A stretch of 64,000 nt of DNA from Octopus vulgaris. Taxonomy: Eukaryota. Shown piece after piece: positions 39,541 through 52,090 of this stretch. The notes under the pieces are model-generated. The model ran no database searches. It saw nothing but the letters and a program-made list of their open reading frames with translations, and was not told where the DNA came from. Made by a program: the position numbers and the translations under genes. Each line of letters opens with the position of its first letter. Within the stretch, counting starts at the first letter, position 1. The stretch lies in assembly GCA_951406725.2 (NCBI GenBank), contig OX597818.1, positions 17,918,001-17,982,000 of the forward strand, read 5' to 3'.

Positions 39541-39885
39541 GTGAAGGCGCATGGCTCAGTGGTTAGAGCGTCGAGCTTACGATCGTGAGGTTGTGAGCTC
39601 GAATCCCAGACCGGGCTGCGTGTTGTGTTCTTGAGCAAAGCACCTTATTTCACGTTGCTCCAGTTCACTCAGCTGTAGAAATGAGTTGCGACGTCACAGG
39701 TGCCAAGCTGTATCGACCTTTGTCTTTTCCTTGGATAACATTGGTGGCGTGGAGAGGGGAGGCTGGTATGCATGGGCGACTGCTGGTCTTCCATAAACAA
39801 CCTTGCCCGGACTTGTGTCTAGGAGGGTAACTTTCTAGGTGCAATCCCATGGTCATTCATGACCGAAGGGGGTCTTTACCCTTTA
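39541..39885 (+). mobile_element. tRNA-headed SINE (family D), full length
   Basis: ggcgcatggctcagtggttagagc (A box), gagctcgaatccc (B-box-like), body, then a (tttaccc) tail. Confidence 0.9.
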
Positions 39886-40291
39886 TATATGTATTAATTA
39901 GTTTGTTAGCCTTAAGCACATACACAGCTTGTATAGATATAAGACTTTATGAGTTCCTTTATCTTGGTAATGACACTTAATAGTGTATCTTTTATTTTTT
40001 TTCATTTTTTTTAACTCTGAAGGCTGGGCTCCACCTTTATTACCACATATAGATAATATTTATGCCCTTCATTCTCTCTTCATCTCTCCCCTGCTAACCA
40101 CATTCTTTCTTTCAAGTAAGTGATCTCACCCCATTCATCTCAAATGTAGCTTGCCTGCTGATTGGGAATATCATTGGTAACTTCATCCAACCTTGCTTCC
40201 ACCCACTCTTCTACTATTGTTGGTGTAGAAATTTCTTCCCAGTTGATCAAACCTACATTTTTCAACAATGAACTTTGTAAACAAAAGGTAA

Positions 40292-40384
40292 ATGTACCTG
40301 AAGAAGAGGGAGCTGAACATATATGTAATAACCTAATGTTACATAAGTTTCAGTCAACTTTTCTTAGAAACATATGTAGTACAT
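40292..40384 (+). ncRNA. type I hammerhead ribozyme motif (PLE-type, palindromic stem III)
   Basis: atgtac CTGAAGA [long stem II agagggagctgaac...tatgtaat/gttacata...gtttcagt...ttttct] ta GAA ac atat gt a gtacat; stem I is 6 bp. Confidence 0.75.
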
Positions 40385-40409
40385 AATTACCTACTCCATT
40401 CCCCACACC

Positions 40410-40444
<35 letters not shown>

Positions 40445-41182
40445 ATATAACTCTGTGTGTGTCTTTGTCCCCTGCTACCAACTGACAACTGGTTTTGGTT
40501 TGTTTACATTTCTATAACTTAACAGTTTGGCGAGAGAGACTGATAAAATATGAACCAGGCTTACAAATATGTACTGTGGTCACTTCATTTAACTAAAACC
40601 CTTCAATGTGGTGCTCCAGCATGGCCACACTCCACTGATTGAAACAAGAGAAGATACAGAGATCAAAATTCTGGAAGGTTAAAACGCAAGTAAAATGTAT
40701 ATGAAGGTGCTTAAATATATTTGCAGTAAAATAAAATATTTATCTTTACAATAATAATCTTTATTTAAAAAAAAAATTAATTCAAATGAAATTCAAATGA
40801 GTTTTTAATGATGATTAAAAAAAAAAAAAAGAGAATTATCAACAATAACAAGATGAACAACAACAATTGTAACAACCACAAAACAAACCAAAGTTAAATA
40901 TTTATGTAAAGGATAAGTTTTCACCATTAAACACAAATTCTGAAACAAAAACAGAAAAATAAGTACCCAGGAAAAAAATCATTAAATGGATGGTTTATAC
41001 AATTATTAATTATTTAAAATAATATAATAGTTTTAGCTCATTTTCAACAAAGTCAACAGTACATTATAATATAATTTAATACGAGAATAAAGTCACCGGC
41101 TTTGTAGTATCAACATACATCTTAAATATACACATACATATATATGTATACATATGCGTAGGTATATATGCGTGCATATGTA

Positions 41183-41191
41183 TATTTAACG

Positions 41192-41240
<49 letters not shown>

Positions 41241-41331
41241 TATACACACATACATACATACATATACACACACATATTCATATATACAAATTTATACACA
41301 TATATATGCATATATATATATAGATTTAACG

Positions 41332-41378
<47 letters not shown>

Positions 41379-41465
41379 TATACACACATACATACATATA
41401 CACACACATATTCATATATACAAATTTATACACATATATATGTATATATATATATATAGATTTAT
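41183..41465. repeat. ~140-bp tandem duplication of a compound microsatellite
   Basis: atttaacgtc(at)n gtacatatacacacatacat...ttcatatatacaaatttatacac occurs twice. Confidence 0.8.
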
Positions 41466-41542
41466 ATACATATAAATATGCATAAACATACATTTAAATT
41501 CATTTTAAGATATATATATATATATATGTATGTATGTGTGTG

Positions 41543-41579
<37 letters not shown>

Positions 41580-42198
41580 TATATACTTATATACACACAT
41601 ATATCTATGCCCACACACACACACACAAACATATATATATGTATGTACATGTATATATGTGTGTATACATATGCACACACAAATACATACACATACATAC
41701 ATATATACATACATACATACATGCATGCATACATACATACATACTTACATACATACATACATACATACATGCATACATACATACATACATACATCATACA
41801 TACATAAAGGACAGTTACATAACCTGTTGTGGATATGCAAGAGGACTACTAAGAAAACAAAATTGAACTTCATGGCAGAGTCCAATTGCCAGTAATTTGG
41901 GAATCTATCTATTTCCCAGTTCTAAACAAATAAAGAAGGAATTTTAGATAATTCTTATTAATTATTCAGGTTCATGCATGCTTACAGTAGTGTGAACTAT
42001 GCTTTTTCATGGGACCTATTCACAGAGGTAGTGTGGGTCAGCACTGATATGTTTAAGAGCAGTCGAACCATTCAAATAGCAATCGATCAACACAGCCACA
42101 TACGACTCTAAGTGTGTTCTTGTGTGTTTAAGGGTGAGTCTTCATGCATATATATATGTACATATATATACATACATATATGTATGTACACACACACA

Positions 42199-42248
<50 letters not shown>

Positions 42249-42357
42249 TACATATATGTACATATATATACACATGCATATATATATACATACATAAATA
42301 CATACATATATATATATATGTATATATATATACACATATATATATATATATACATAA

Positions 42358-42410
<53 letters not shown>

Positions 42411-42573
42411 GAAGAGCGAGAAAGAGAGCGAGAAGAGAAATACTGTAAATGAAACCACTTGGGCTAGGCACAAAATATACATACATATATACATGTAAAT
42501 AGAGAGAAAACCAAAGATTAAAAAGTTTCAAATGATGAACAGTCATGTAAAAAATTATAGATATTTATACATT

Positions 42574-43020
42574 GGTTTTCAAATTTTGGCATAAAGCCAG
42601 TAGTTTCAAGGGAGAGAGTTAGTCAATTACATTGATCCCAGTGTTCAGCTGGTACTTATTTCATCGACCCCAAAAGGATGAAAGGCAAAATCGATATGGC
42701 AGAAATTGAACCCAGGATGTAAAGATGAACAAAATGCTACTGAACATTTTGCCCAGCATGCTAACGATTCTGCCAGCTCACCGCCTTAATAATAATAATA
42801 ATAATCCTTTCTACTAAAGGCACAAGGCCTGAAATTTTGGGAGAGGGGTACAGTCGATTACATCAACCCCAGTGCTCATCTGGTACTTATTTCATTGACC
42901 CCTGAAAGGATGAAAGGCAAAGTCAACCTTGGTGGAATTTGAACCCAGAACGTAAAGATGGACAAAATGCTCTTAAGCATTTTGCCTGGTATGCTAATGA
43001 TTCTGCCAGTTCACCACCTT
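42574..43020 (-). mobile_element. two tandem family B SINEs
   Basis: ggtttcaaattttggcac...ggatgaaaggcaaa...tctgccagctcaccgcctt units separated by (TAA)n. Confidence 0.85.
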
Positions 43021-43907
43021 CAAATATTTATATATTAACAGAGAAAACTTCCACAGAGGACAAAGACTACAATAAATTAAGGGGAGAAGTTACGGTGTTA
43101 CAGGCCCAACAGCTGTTTCAGGGGGCTCCATACATGTATATATGTATAGTTTGTATATCTAGTCCAAGCAGTATTATTTTTTTATTTGCACCATTATCTC
43201 CATATCTGCTAATCTAGATTCCTCTTATAGCCACTCTTTATCACCCCACACTTAGTTCTTGGTAAAGATTTCGGAGTGTAAGTTCAAATCATCTGAGCAC
43301 TACTGTTTTCTGCACACAAACACACACACACATATAAAATATGGGGGTATGAGAATAAAATAAGCTTGCTATCCATAACACTAGAGCTTAAATACATGTC
43401 AACATAAATTCCAGCTTCTTCAGCCAAGGCAAACCCATAGCATGGGACCCAAAATGAGCTGTTACGAAGATATGAAGATAAATAATAAATAGGAAGATAA
43501 ATAATACAATTAGGACTGATATATGTATTTACATGGAGTAAAAAATGCAAATTATAAAACAAAGAAAAAAATATGAACTTTTTCTATTTAGATCTTTTCT
43601 TTATTATATAACCTGTATCTTGTTCTCCATATAAATATATGTCTCAAGCAAGTCTAACTGCATTGTCTACTTTACTAAATACTTAACCATATATATTGTA
43701 TATATATATTCATGTGTATCTGTGTATGTATGTATGTATATGTATGTGTATATATCCTTATATATATATATATATATATATAAACACACATCCACAGTTA
43801 TTTTGTGTCTATGTGTGTATAATTTGTTACTTATTTAAATGGCAACCATAGCACAAAGAAAGATATGTAGAATTTATTGAGAAATAACCGTAAAATGTAT
43901 ATATATG

Positions 43908-43963
<56 letters not shown>

Positions 43964-44071
43964 CATACATTTATATACACATATACATATATATACATAC
44001 ACACACACATATATATACATACACACACATATATGTATACATTTATATATATACATATACATATATACATA

Positions 44072-44109
<38 letters not shown>

Positions 44110-44284
44110 TAATCTTCATATTTAAATATTAAATATATTTCCCTCCACCACATTTAAAATCAAAATAGACATCATTGCTGCAAGTATAGTAATGTATAGA
44201 GATTGGACTGGATTCAACTGGGATGGAATAGTAATGGTGAGAAAATTATTAGGGTTAAATGATAAATCAACAACAATAATAATG

Positions 44285-44916
44285 TTTTCAAATTTTGGCA
44301 CAAAGCCAGCAGTTTTTGAGGGGAGGGGAAGTCAATTACACTGACCCCTGTTCTTGGCTGGTACTTATTTTATTGACCCAGAAAGGATGAAGGGCAAAGT
44401 CGACTTTGGTATTATTTGAACTCAAAAAGTAAACACCGACAAAATGGTTAGCAGCATTTTGTCCAGCATGTTAACGATTCTACCAGCTCTCTGCCATGAT
44501 AATTCTTTGTAAGTTTTAGCACAAGGCCAGCAATTTTAGGGAGAGGGGATATATCAACTGCATCAACCCAGGGCTGGAATTTGATCTCAGAATGTAAAAA
44601 CTAGATTTGTTGCTAAGCATTTTGTCTAATGCAATAACTATTCAGCCAGCTCGTTGCCTTAATAGTAATAATCCTTTCTACTATATGAAACCTAAAGGAA
44701 ATTTTGTGTGGGAGAGGGGAAGTGGATAGTCAATTACCTGAATCCATACCTTCCTCCACTCCCCAGTGATCAACTGGTACTTTATTTTATGAACCCTGAA
44801 AGGATGAAAGGCAAAGCCAACCTTGGAGGAATTTGAACTTAGAACGTAGAGAGCTAAAAGAAATGCTGCTAAGCATTTTGTCTGACACACTCATGATATT
44901 CTGCTAGCTGACTACC

Positions 44917-44951
<35 letters not shown>

Positions 44952-46368
44952 TGCTGTGTGGTAAGTAGCTTGCTAACCAGCCACATGGTTCAGGGTTCAG
45001 TCCCACTGCGTGGCATCTTGGGCAAGTGTCTTCAGCTATAGCCTCGGGCCGACCAAAGCCTTGTGAGTGGATTTGGTAGACGGAAACTGAAAGAAGCCTG
45101 TCGTATATATATGTATATATATATATATATGTATGTGTGTGTATATGTTTGTGTGTCTGTGTTTGTCCCTCTAGCATTATTTGACAACCGATGCTGGTGT
45201 GTTTACGTCCCCGTCACTTAGCGGTTCAGCAAAAGAGACCGATAGAATAAGTACTGGGCTTACAAAGAATAAGTCCCGGGGTGCTCCAGCATGGCTGCAG
45301 TCAAATGACTGAAACAAGTAAAAGAGTAAAGAGAGAGAGTAATAATAATAACAAGGAAGATCTTGATGGTGAATGATGATGATGATGATGATGATGATGC
45401 TGATGATGGCGGTGGTGGTGGTGTTAATGATTTCTCACATAGGTACAACGACCGGAAATTTGAGCCAGTTGAACCAACCATCTGTGACCCTGGGAGCACG
45501 AGGAGAAAAGTTAACCTCTACAAGAGATTCAAGACCAACATGGATGAAACTAAAAAATACAGCATTTTGTCTTGCACGCTACTGATTCTGAAACTATATT
45601 ACCTAAATGGGGATGAAGATAACATCAATAATGCTTTCTACCAAGGCCTGAAATTTGGGGGATAACTACAAAATTAGTCAAATATGTTGACTAATGCACT
45701 ATACTACAATAAAATATGTACAAAGGATGAAAGGCAAAGATGATTACAGCAGCATTTTGTCCGAGATGCTAACAGTTCTGTTAGCTTGCTGCCTTAATAA
45801 CAACAACAATAATAATAATAATGATTTCAAATTTTGGCCCAAGGCCAGCAATTTCAGGAGAGAGGGTAAGTCGACATCGACTCTAGTGTTCCACTGGTAC
45901 TTATTTTATCGACCCCAAAAGGATGAAAGGCAAAGTCAACCTCATGCAGAATTTGAACTCAGAACGTAAAGACAGACAAAATACTGCTAAGAATTTTTGC
46001 CTGGTGTGCTAACAATTCTGCCAGCTCATCACCTAAACAACAATAATAATAATAATGGTTTCAAATTTTGGCACAATGCCAGCATTTTTAGAGGAAGGTG
46101 TATGGGAATTACTTTAACTCCGGTCCTTAACTGGTACTGAATTTATTGACTCTGAAAGGATGAAAGGATAATTGGCCTTGGTGGAAGTTGAGCTAGGAAG
46201 AAATGCTGCTAGGAATTTTGGCTGACACACTAATGATTTTGTCAGCTCATCACCTTTAAAGGCTTCGACTTTTGAAAAGCAAAGAAGAACTTGGCAGAAT
46301 TTGAATTTACAGCATAAAAAAACCAGAAGAAATTCTGCTAAGCCTTTTGCCAGCTTGCTGCCTTAACA

Positions 46369-46462
<94 letters not shown>

Positions 46463-46890
46463 TAATAATGATAATAATTGTCTCAAACTTTGACTCAGGG
46501 CCAGCAGTTTTTGAAGGGAGGGAGAAGTCAATTATATCTACCCTGATACTTGACAGATCCTTTTTATATCAACTTCAAAAGGATGAAAGGCAAAGTAGAT
46601 CTTAGCAAAATTTGAACTAAGAACATAAAGATAAATGAAATGCCACTAAGCATTTTGCCCAGCATGTTAACAATTCTGCCCACTCATTGCCTTTAAAGGT
46701 TTCAAATTTTGGCACAAGGCCAGCAATTTTGAGTTGGGGGAGGGATATAAGTCAAAGGCATTAATCCCAGTATTTGACTGGTACTTTATTTTATTAACTT
46801 TAGAGGGATGAAAGTTGAGCCTTGCAGGATTTGAACTCAGAACATATACTCCAAAGAGCTTCTGCTAAGCATTCTGCCAGCTTGCTGCCT
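44285..46890 (-). mobile_element. array of ~8 co-oriented family B SINEs or fragments separated by (TAA)n, with a family C SINE at 44952-45335 (+)
   Basis: Repeated aaattttggcacaaggccagcaattt...aggatgaaaggcaaagtc...gaatttgaactcagaa...ctgccagct units. Confidence 0.8.
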
Positions 46891-46910
46891 TAATAATAAT
46901 AATAATAATA

Positions 46911-47122
46911 AAAATATTCAGACAAATACATAACAAAAACACCAGGACTTACAAACACATATAACATACAGAAAATTGCACTACTAGGCACTGCACACAT
47001 CCTACGCAGAACACTTTCCATACAATAACCATCAGAGCATCACAACAAATCACAGCACATACCCAAGGCACACAGAGCTGCGCTCGGTAGTGAAGTGAAA
47101 GCACGCTATAAAAATAAAACTA

Positions 47123-47125
<3 letters not shown>
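46911..47125 (+). mobile_element. R4/Dong-type extreme 3' fragment within (TAA)n
   Basis: KYSDKYITKTPGLTNTYNIQKIALLGTAHILRRTLSIQ* plus UTR, with (TAA)n on both sides. Confidence 0.8.
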
Positions 47126-47169
<44 letters not shown>

Positions 47170-47170
<1 letters not shown>

Positions 47171-48100
47171 CTCTCAATGGCAGATACTCAAAGAGAGTGA
47201 ATAATGCCGATGTTGACAAAGCCCTTACCCATCAATGGTTAATGGCTTCTGGCTTAAAATCTGAAACAGAAGGGTTTATCATAGCAGCCCAAAATCAATG
47301 CCTACCTACAAGGAACTACCAGGCCAACATATTAAAGAATGGCAGCTTCCCAACATATGTATGTCAACAACAAAATGAAACCATTGATCATGTTGTCTCC
47401 AAGTGCAGTCTTCTTGCGCCTACAAAGTATCTCAACAGGAATGATAGAGCTGCACAATATATTCACTGGGTAATTTGCAAAAACCATGATAAAAACTGGT
47501 GGGGACACAAACCACCTCCATTGCTTGAAAACGATCACATCTCACACCTCTGAAACTTCACCATTCAAACTGACAGAAAGATAGATGCAAATAGGCCAGA
47601 CATCACATTGAAAGACTTCAGACAAAAATCATGCCTCCTCATTGATGTGACTGTCCCAATCGATATAAACGCATCTGTCAAGACCTACCAAAAACTGAGC
47701 AACTATAAAGATCTTGAAATACAAATTAGCAAAACGTGGAACCTGATGACTAAAACAATACCTGTTGTCATAGATGCCCTGGGAATGATAACAAAAGGGG
47801 CTGATTGCTACCTAGCTCAGATACTAAGAAACTGCAAAATGGCAGAAATTCAAAAGATAATGCTCATGGGAACTGCCCATATCCTACGCAAAATACTTTC
47901 TATGTAATCTCAAATTTTAAAACAAACACATGATTTTCTTATGGTTTCTTATACATTCCCTAGAACAACACTATATACAAAACCAAATATATTGCACCTT
48001 AGGCATAACACCAACATGAACTTCTAACTTGTTGTCTCTTGAAGTCTCTGGATGAGACTTGGAGCCAACTTGTACAAACGTAAAGCAAAAGTCAAGCATA
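47170..48100 (+). mobile_element. R4/Dong-type 3' fragment (CCHC plus RLE) within (TAA)n
   Basis: GLKSETEGFIIAAQNQ...VCQQQNETIDHVVSKC; IQTDRKIDANRPDI...LIDVTVP...KLSNYKDL...IPVVIDALG...MGTAHILRKIL; (TAA)n on both sides. Confidence 0.9.
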
Positions 48101-48108
48101 AAATAATG

Positions 48109-48185
<77 letters not shown>

Positions 48186-48780
48186 TTCAATTTTTGACAA
48201 AAGGCCAGCAATTTTGGAGGAGGGCGTAAGTCAATTGCATGGAACTCCCCACCCACACCCCCACCATGTTCAAAAGGAAGAAAGTCAAAGTCAACCTCAG
48301 CAGAATTTGAACTCAAAACGTAAAGACGGATGAAATGACACTAAGCATTTTGCCCGGCATGCTAATGGTTCTGTCAGCTTGTTGCCCTAATAATGATACT
48401 ACTACTACTAATAATAATAATAATAGTTTCAAATTTTGGCATAAAGCCCAATTTCAGGGGAGGAGTGTTAGTCAATTACATTAACCCCTTTGTTTCATAT
48501 TTATTTTATTGACCACTAAAATATAGGATTTGAACTGAAATAATAATGATAACAATTCTTCCAAATTTGGGCAAAAGGCCAGCAATTTGGCAAGAGGGAG
48601 AGCAAGTTGATTACTTCAACCCCAGTACTTGATTGGTATTTTATTTTAATGATGAAAGATAAAAGGCAAAGTTGATCTCAGTGATTTTTGAACAATTTGA
48701 ACTCAGAAAGATAAAACGTCAGAAGAAATGCTGCTAAGCATTTTATGAAATGTGCTAATGATTCTACAAGCTTGCTGCCT

Positions 48781-48782
<2 letters not shown>
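48186..48782 (-). mobile_element. family B SINE cluster
   Basis: Three partial units of the same SINE. Confidence 0.75.
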
Positions 48783-48838
<56 letters not shown>

Positions 48839-49123
48839 TAATAATAATAATCATCATCATCGTCGTTTAACGTCCAGCGGCACTGGCAACGACGTCACTC
48901 AAATGCTTCTTCATGTGCCACCAGCGCAAGTGCTAGTAGGCACTGCAGGTAACGATCATGCTTGAATGGTGTTTTTACGTGCCATCAGCTCAGAGGCCAG
49001 CTTGTTGCTCTGGCCTCGATCTCACTCGTACGGTTCTTTTAGTGCTCCACTAGCACAGATGCCAGTCATCGAATAATAATAATAATAATAATATTAATGA
49101 TGATAATAATAATAATAATAACA

Positions 49124-49227
<104 letters not shown>

Positions 49228-49298
49228 AAGAAGAAGAAGAAGAGAAGAAGAAGACGGAGGAGAAGAAGTAGGAGAAGAAGAAGAAGAAGAAGGAGAAG

Positions 49299-49522
49299 AA
49301 GAAGAGCACAATTGTGATTTGTAATAGATGGGGATTGACATTGCATATTTAATCGAACAAATTGAACAATATTTTGACAGATTGTCTATCTTCCTCAGGT
49401 TCAAAATGTGAAATGTAAAGAACCCAAGGAAGACAGACAATCTGTTGAAACGTTGTTCAATTAATTCAATTCAATAAGCAAAGTCAGTCTCCATTTATTA
49501 CAAATCACATTGCACTCTTCTT
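49299..49522. mobile_element. ~225-bp palindromic element with outward-facing minimal hammerhead motifs
   Basis: Arms 49299-49402 and 49420-49522 are imperfect reverse complements. The arm consensus is AAC CTGAGGA A GACAGA caa TCTGTC GAAAC GT T GTT. Confidence 0.8.
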
Positions 49523-49624
49523 GCTGTTTATTTGAACTCAGAACATAGCGATGGGCAAAATACCACCAAGCATTTTGTCCAGCATGCTAATGATTCTGCC
49601 AGCTCGCCATCTTAATAACAATCA

Positions 49625-49934
49625 GCGCCGTCTAGACTGGCTTTCGTGCCGGTGGCATGTAAAAAGTACCATCCGAACGTGGCCGATGCCAGTGCCGCCG
49701 AGACTGGCTTCTGTGCCGGTGGCACGTAAGAAGCATCAATCCAATCGTGGCCGTTGCCAGCCTCACCTGGCACGTAAAAATCACCCACTACACTCTCGGA
49801 GTGGTTGGCGTTAGGAAGGGCATCCAGCTGTAGAAACACTGCCAGATCAGACTGGAGCCTGGTGCAGCCTTCTGGCTTCCCAGATCCTCGGTCGAACCGT
49901 CCAACCCATACTAGCATGGAGAACGGACGTTAAA

Positions 49935-49937
<3 letters not shown>
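49625..49937 (+). mobile_element. RTE 3'UTR copy (family A)
   Basis: Matches the reverse complement of 31545-31850. Confidence 0.85.
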
Positions 49938-49985
<48 letters not shown>

Positions 49986-50839
49986 GTAATAATAATGTTA
50001 TTTTCATTATTTAGTCAGATTATTATTTTTTTATTCTAGGCATCTGAGACTGACAGGAAGGAGAAAGGTTATCCTGAAACTAGATACCTGGCCAAATGCT
50101 TATTATAGAGTGGACTCTGCTAAAGGCACTTATGACACAGGTGGTTCTTCATTGGACAATGGATTAAGTTCACCACCAAAGAATACAGAATGCAAAAGAG
50201 CCTGACTGCAAGGATTTTCACAATCCACTGCCCTAGACTGGTAATTAGTCCAGGAACCTCACTGTAACATTTGGTATGTCTTGGAAATTTTTAGACCTGT
50301 TGTAGCCTATCACTATTCAGCTATTTGTTGGTATATGTGGGTGTGTACTGTGTGGATAAATTGTGCATGAGGGGTGTGGAAGTCAAAGTGATTTGAATTG
50401 ATCCTCAATGTACTACTGATGTTTCACTTAATTTGCAGGTAATAAAAATTAAACAGAGAGCTCAGGCAAAATTTGAACTCAAAACACATAATTTAAACAC
50501 AACAAAGCACTAGGCTAGCTTCTCTACTCGTGTCTGTCAACATTAGTGAAACTAAAAAATTAAATTATTTATTACTGTTACTTGATGTATAGTACTGCAT
50601 TATTTTATAAATGCTGAAGATATATACAGAATAAGATCTACTTTGGCAAGATTTGAATCCAGAACTATAAAACAACAATAAACTGATCTATAATCCAGAT
50701 TGGTTTCAAAATTTGGCACAAGGCCAGCAATTTTGGGGAGGGAATAAGTCAATTACATCAACCTCAGGGTTCATCTGGTGCTTATTTTATCAACCCCAAA
50801 GGGATGAGAGGCAAAATCAACTTTAATGGAATTTGAACT

Positions 50840-51140
50840 TGCCGATGCCAGCGCTGCCGGCCGATGCCAGCACCGCCTAGACTGGCTTCCATGCCGGTGG
50901 CACGTAAAAAGCACCAATCCGATCGTGGCCATTGCCAGCCTCACCTTGCACCTGTGCCGGTGGCATGTAAAAAGCACCCACTACACTCACGGAGTGGTTG
51001 GTGTTAGGAAGGGCATCCAGCTGTAAAAACACTGCCAGATCAGACTGGAGCCTGGTGCAGCCTTCTGGCTTCCCAGATTCCCGGTTGAACTGTCCAACCC
51101 ATGCTAGCATGGAGAATGGACGTTAAACGATGATGATGAG
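50840..51140 (+). mobile_element. RTE 3'UTR copy (family A) inserted in a family B SINE
   Basis: The SINE B sequence stops at gaatttgaact (50839) and resumes at gtaaagatggatgaaatgcc (51142). Confidence 0.85.
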
Positions 51141-51260
51141 AGTAAAGATGGATGAAATGCCATTAAGCATTTCACCTGGTGCACTAACAATGGGGTATGA
51201 GTATACTTACAGGTTATACAATGGTAAAATACCGTCTCAAAAAGTTGTGTCTAACCAATA

Positions 51261-51490
51261 CTTATTTCTTTACTACCCACAAGGGGCTAAACACAGAGGG
51301 GACAAACAAGGACAGACAGATGGATTAAGTCGATTATATCAACCCCAGTGCGTAACTGGTACTTAATTTATCGACCCCGAAAGGATGAAAGGCAAAGTCG
51401 ACATCGGCAGAAATTGAACTCACAACTTAACGGCAGATGAAATACCGCTTGGCATTTCGCCTGACGTGCTAATGATTCTGCCAGCTCGCT
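51261..51490 (-). mobile_element. family B SINE
   Basis: Reverse complement of 9598-9832. Confidence 0.9.
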
Positions 51491-51721
51491 GGGCAAAAGA
51501 GTCATAAAGATGATATATTTGACAAACCATTAAGTTACAGAACATAAAAAATGCTATGACATTAGCTTTTAGACAGGTGTAAACATAAACACAGATATGG
51601 ATACACATACATAAATGTTGTAAACAAGATATATGTTAAAGTATGTTTAAGAATGACAACTGAACATTTACTGAAAGTGTGACTCTATCATGAAAGTAGA
51701 GTCGAATTTAATGTGAAAATT

Positions 51722-51988
51722 AAGTTTACTGGGCTTCAAGTTTCATCTGTTGACTTGTATAGCCAGTATAGAGACCTTGCCTACTACTGTATTTATATAG
51801 GGAGGTAAGCCTCATCAAAAGAAGGGGTGTATATGATTTCATTGAGGTTTTTAACAAATTGTAAAACTCCAGCATACATACCCATACTTTTGATGAGGCT
51901 TTCCTTCTTATATAAAAACACCAGTAGGCAAAGATTCCTATGCTAGTTGAACAAGCTGTGAGGTAAAACTTGAAGTCCCAACCACTTG
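51722..51988. repeat. ~265-bp imperfect palindrome with degenerate hammerhead-like cores
   Basis: Mirrored blocks cttcaagttt/aaacttgaag, ttgcctact/agtaggcaa, aagcctcatcaaaag/cttttgatgaggctt and gggtgtatatg/catacataccc. Confidence 0.75.
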
Positions 51989-52090
51989 ATCTTTACAACA
52001 CACACACACATGCAACAGGTTTTTACAGTTTTGGTCAACCAAATCCCATTCAAAAGATATTCTTCTACCATACTGTATTATTGGTATTTA

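Noticed and set aside
39541-39615. tRNA gene-like sequence (also at 7880-7957 and 29162-29235)
   Set aside because: The A/B boxes continue into multi-copy SINE bodies, and no complete cloverleaf with an acceptor stem is seen.
43090-43470. Hammerhead-like pieces (gaaacagctgtt and ctgaagaag on the minus strand)
   Set aside because: The two half-cores are ~300 nt apart with no convincing stems.
44285-46890. Regularly recurring repeats resembling a CRISPR-like array
   Set aside because: The units are diverged ~200-bp SINE copies separated by microsatellites in a eukaryotic context, with no constant short repeat and unique spacers.
50040-50260. Possible exon after a pyrimidine tract and AG
   Set aside because: All frames close quickly, and the GRRxKGYPETRY-like peptide looks like a decayed LINE C-terminus. 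No supportable gene model.
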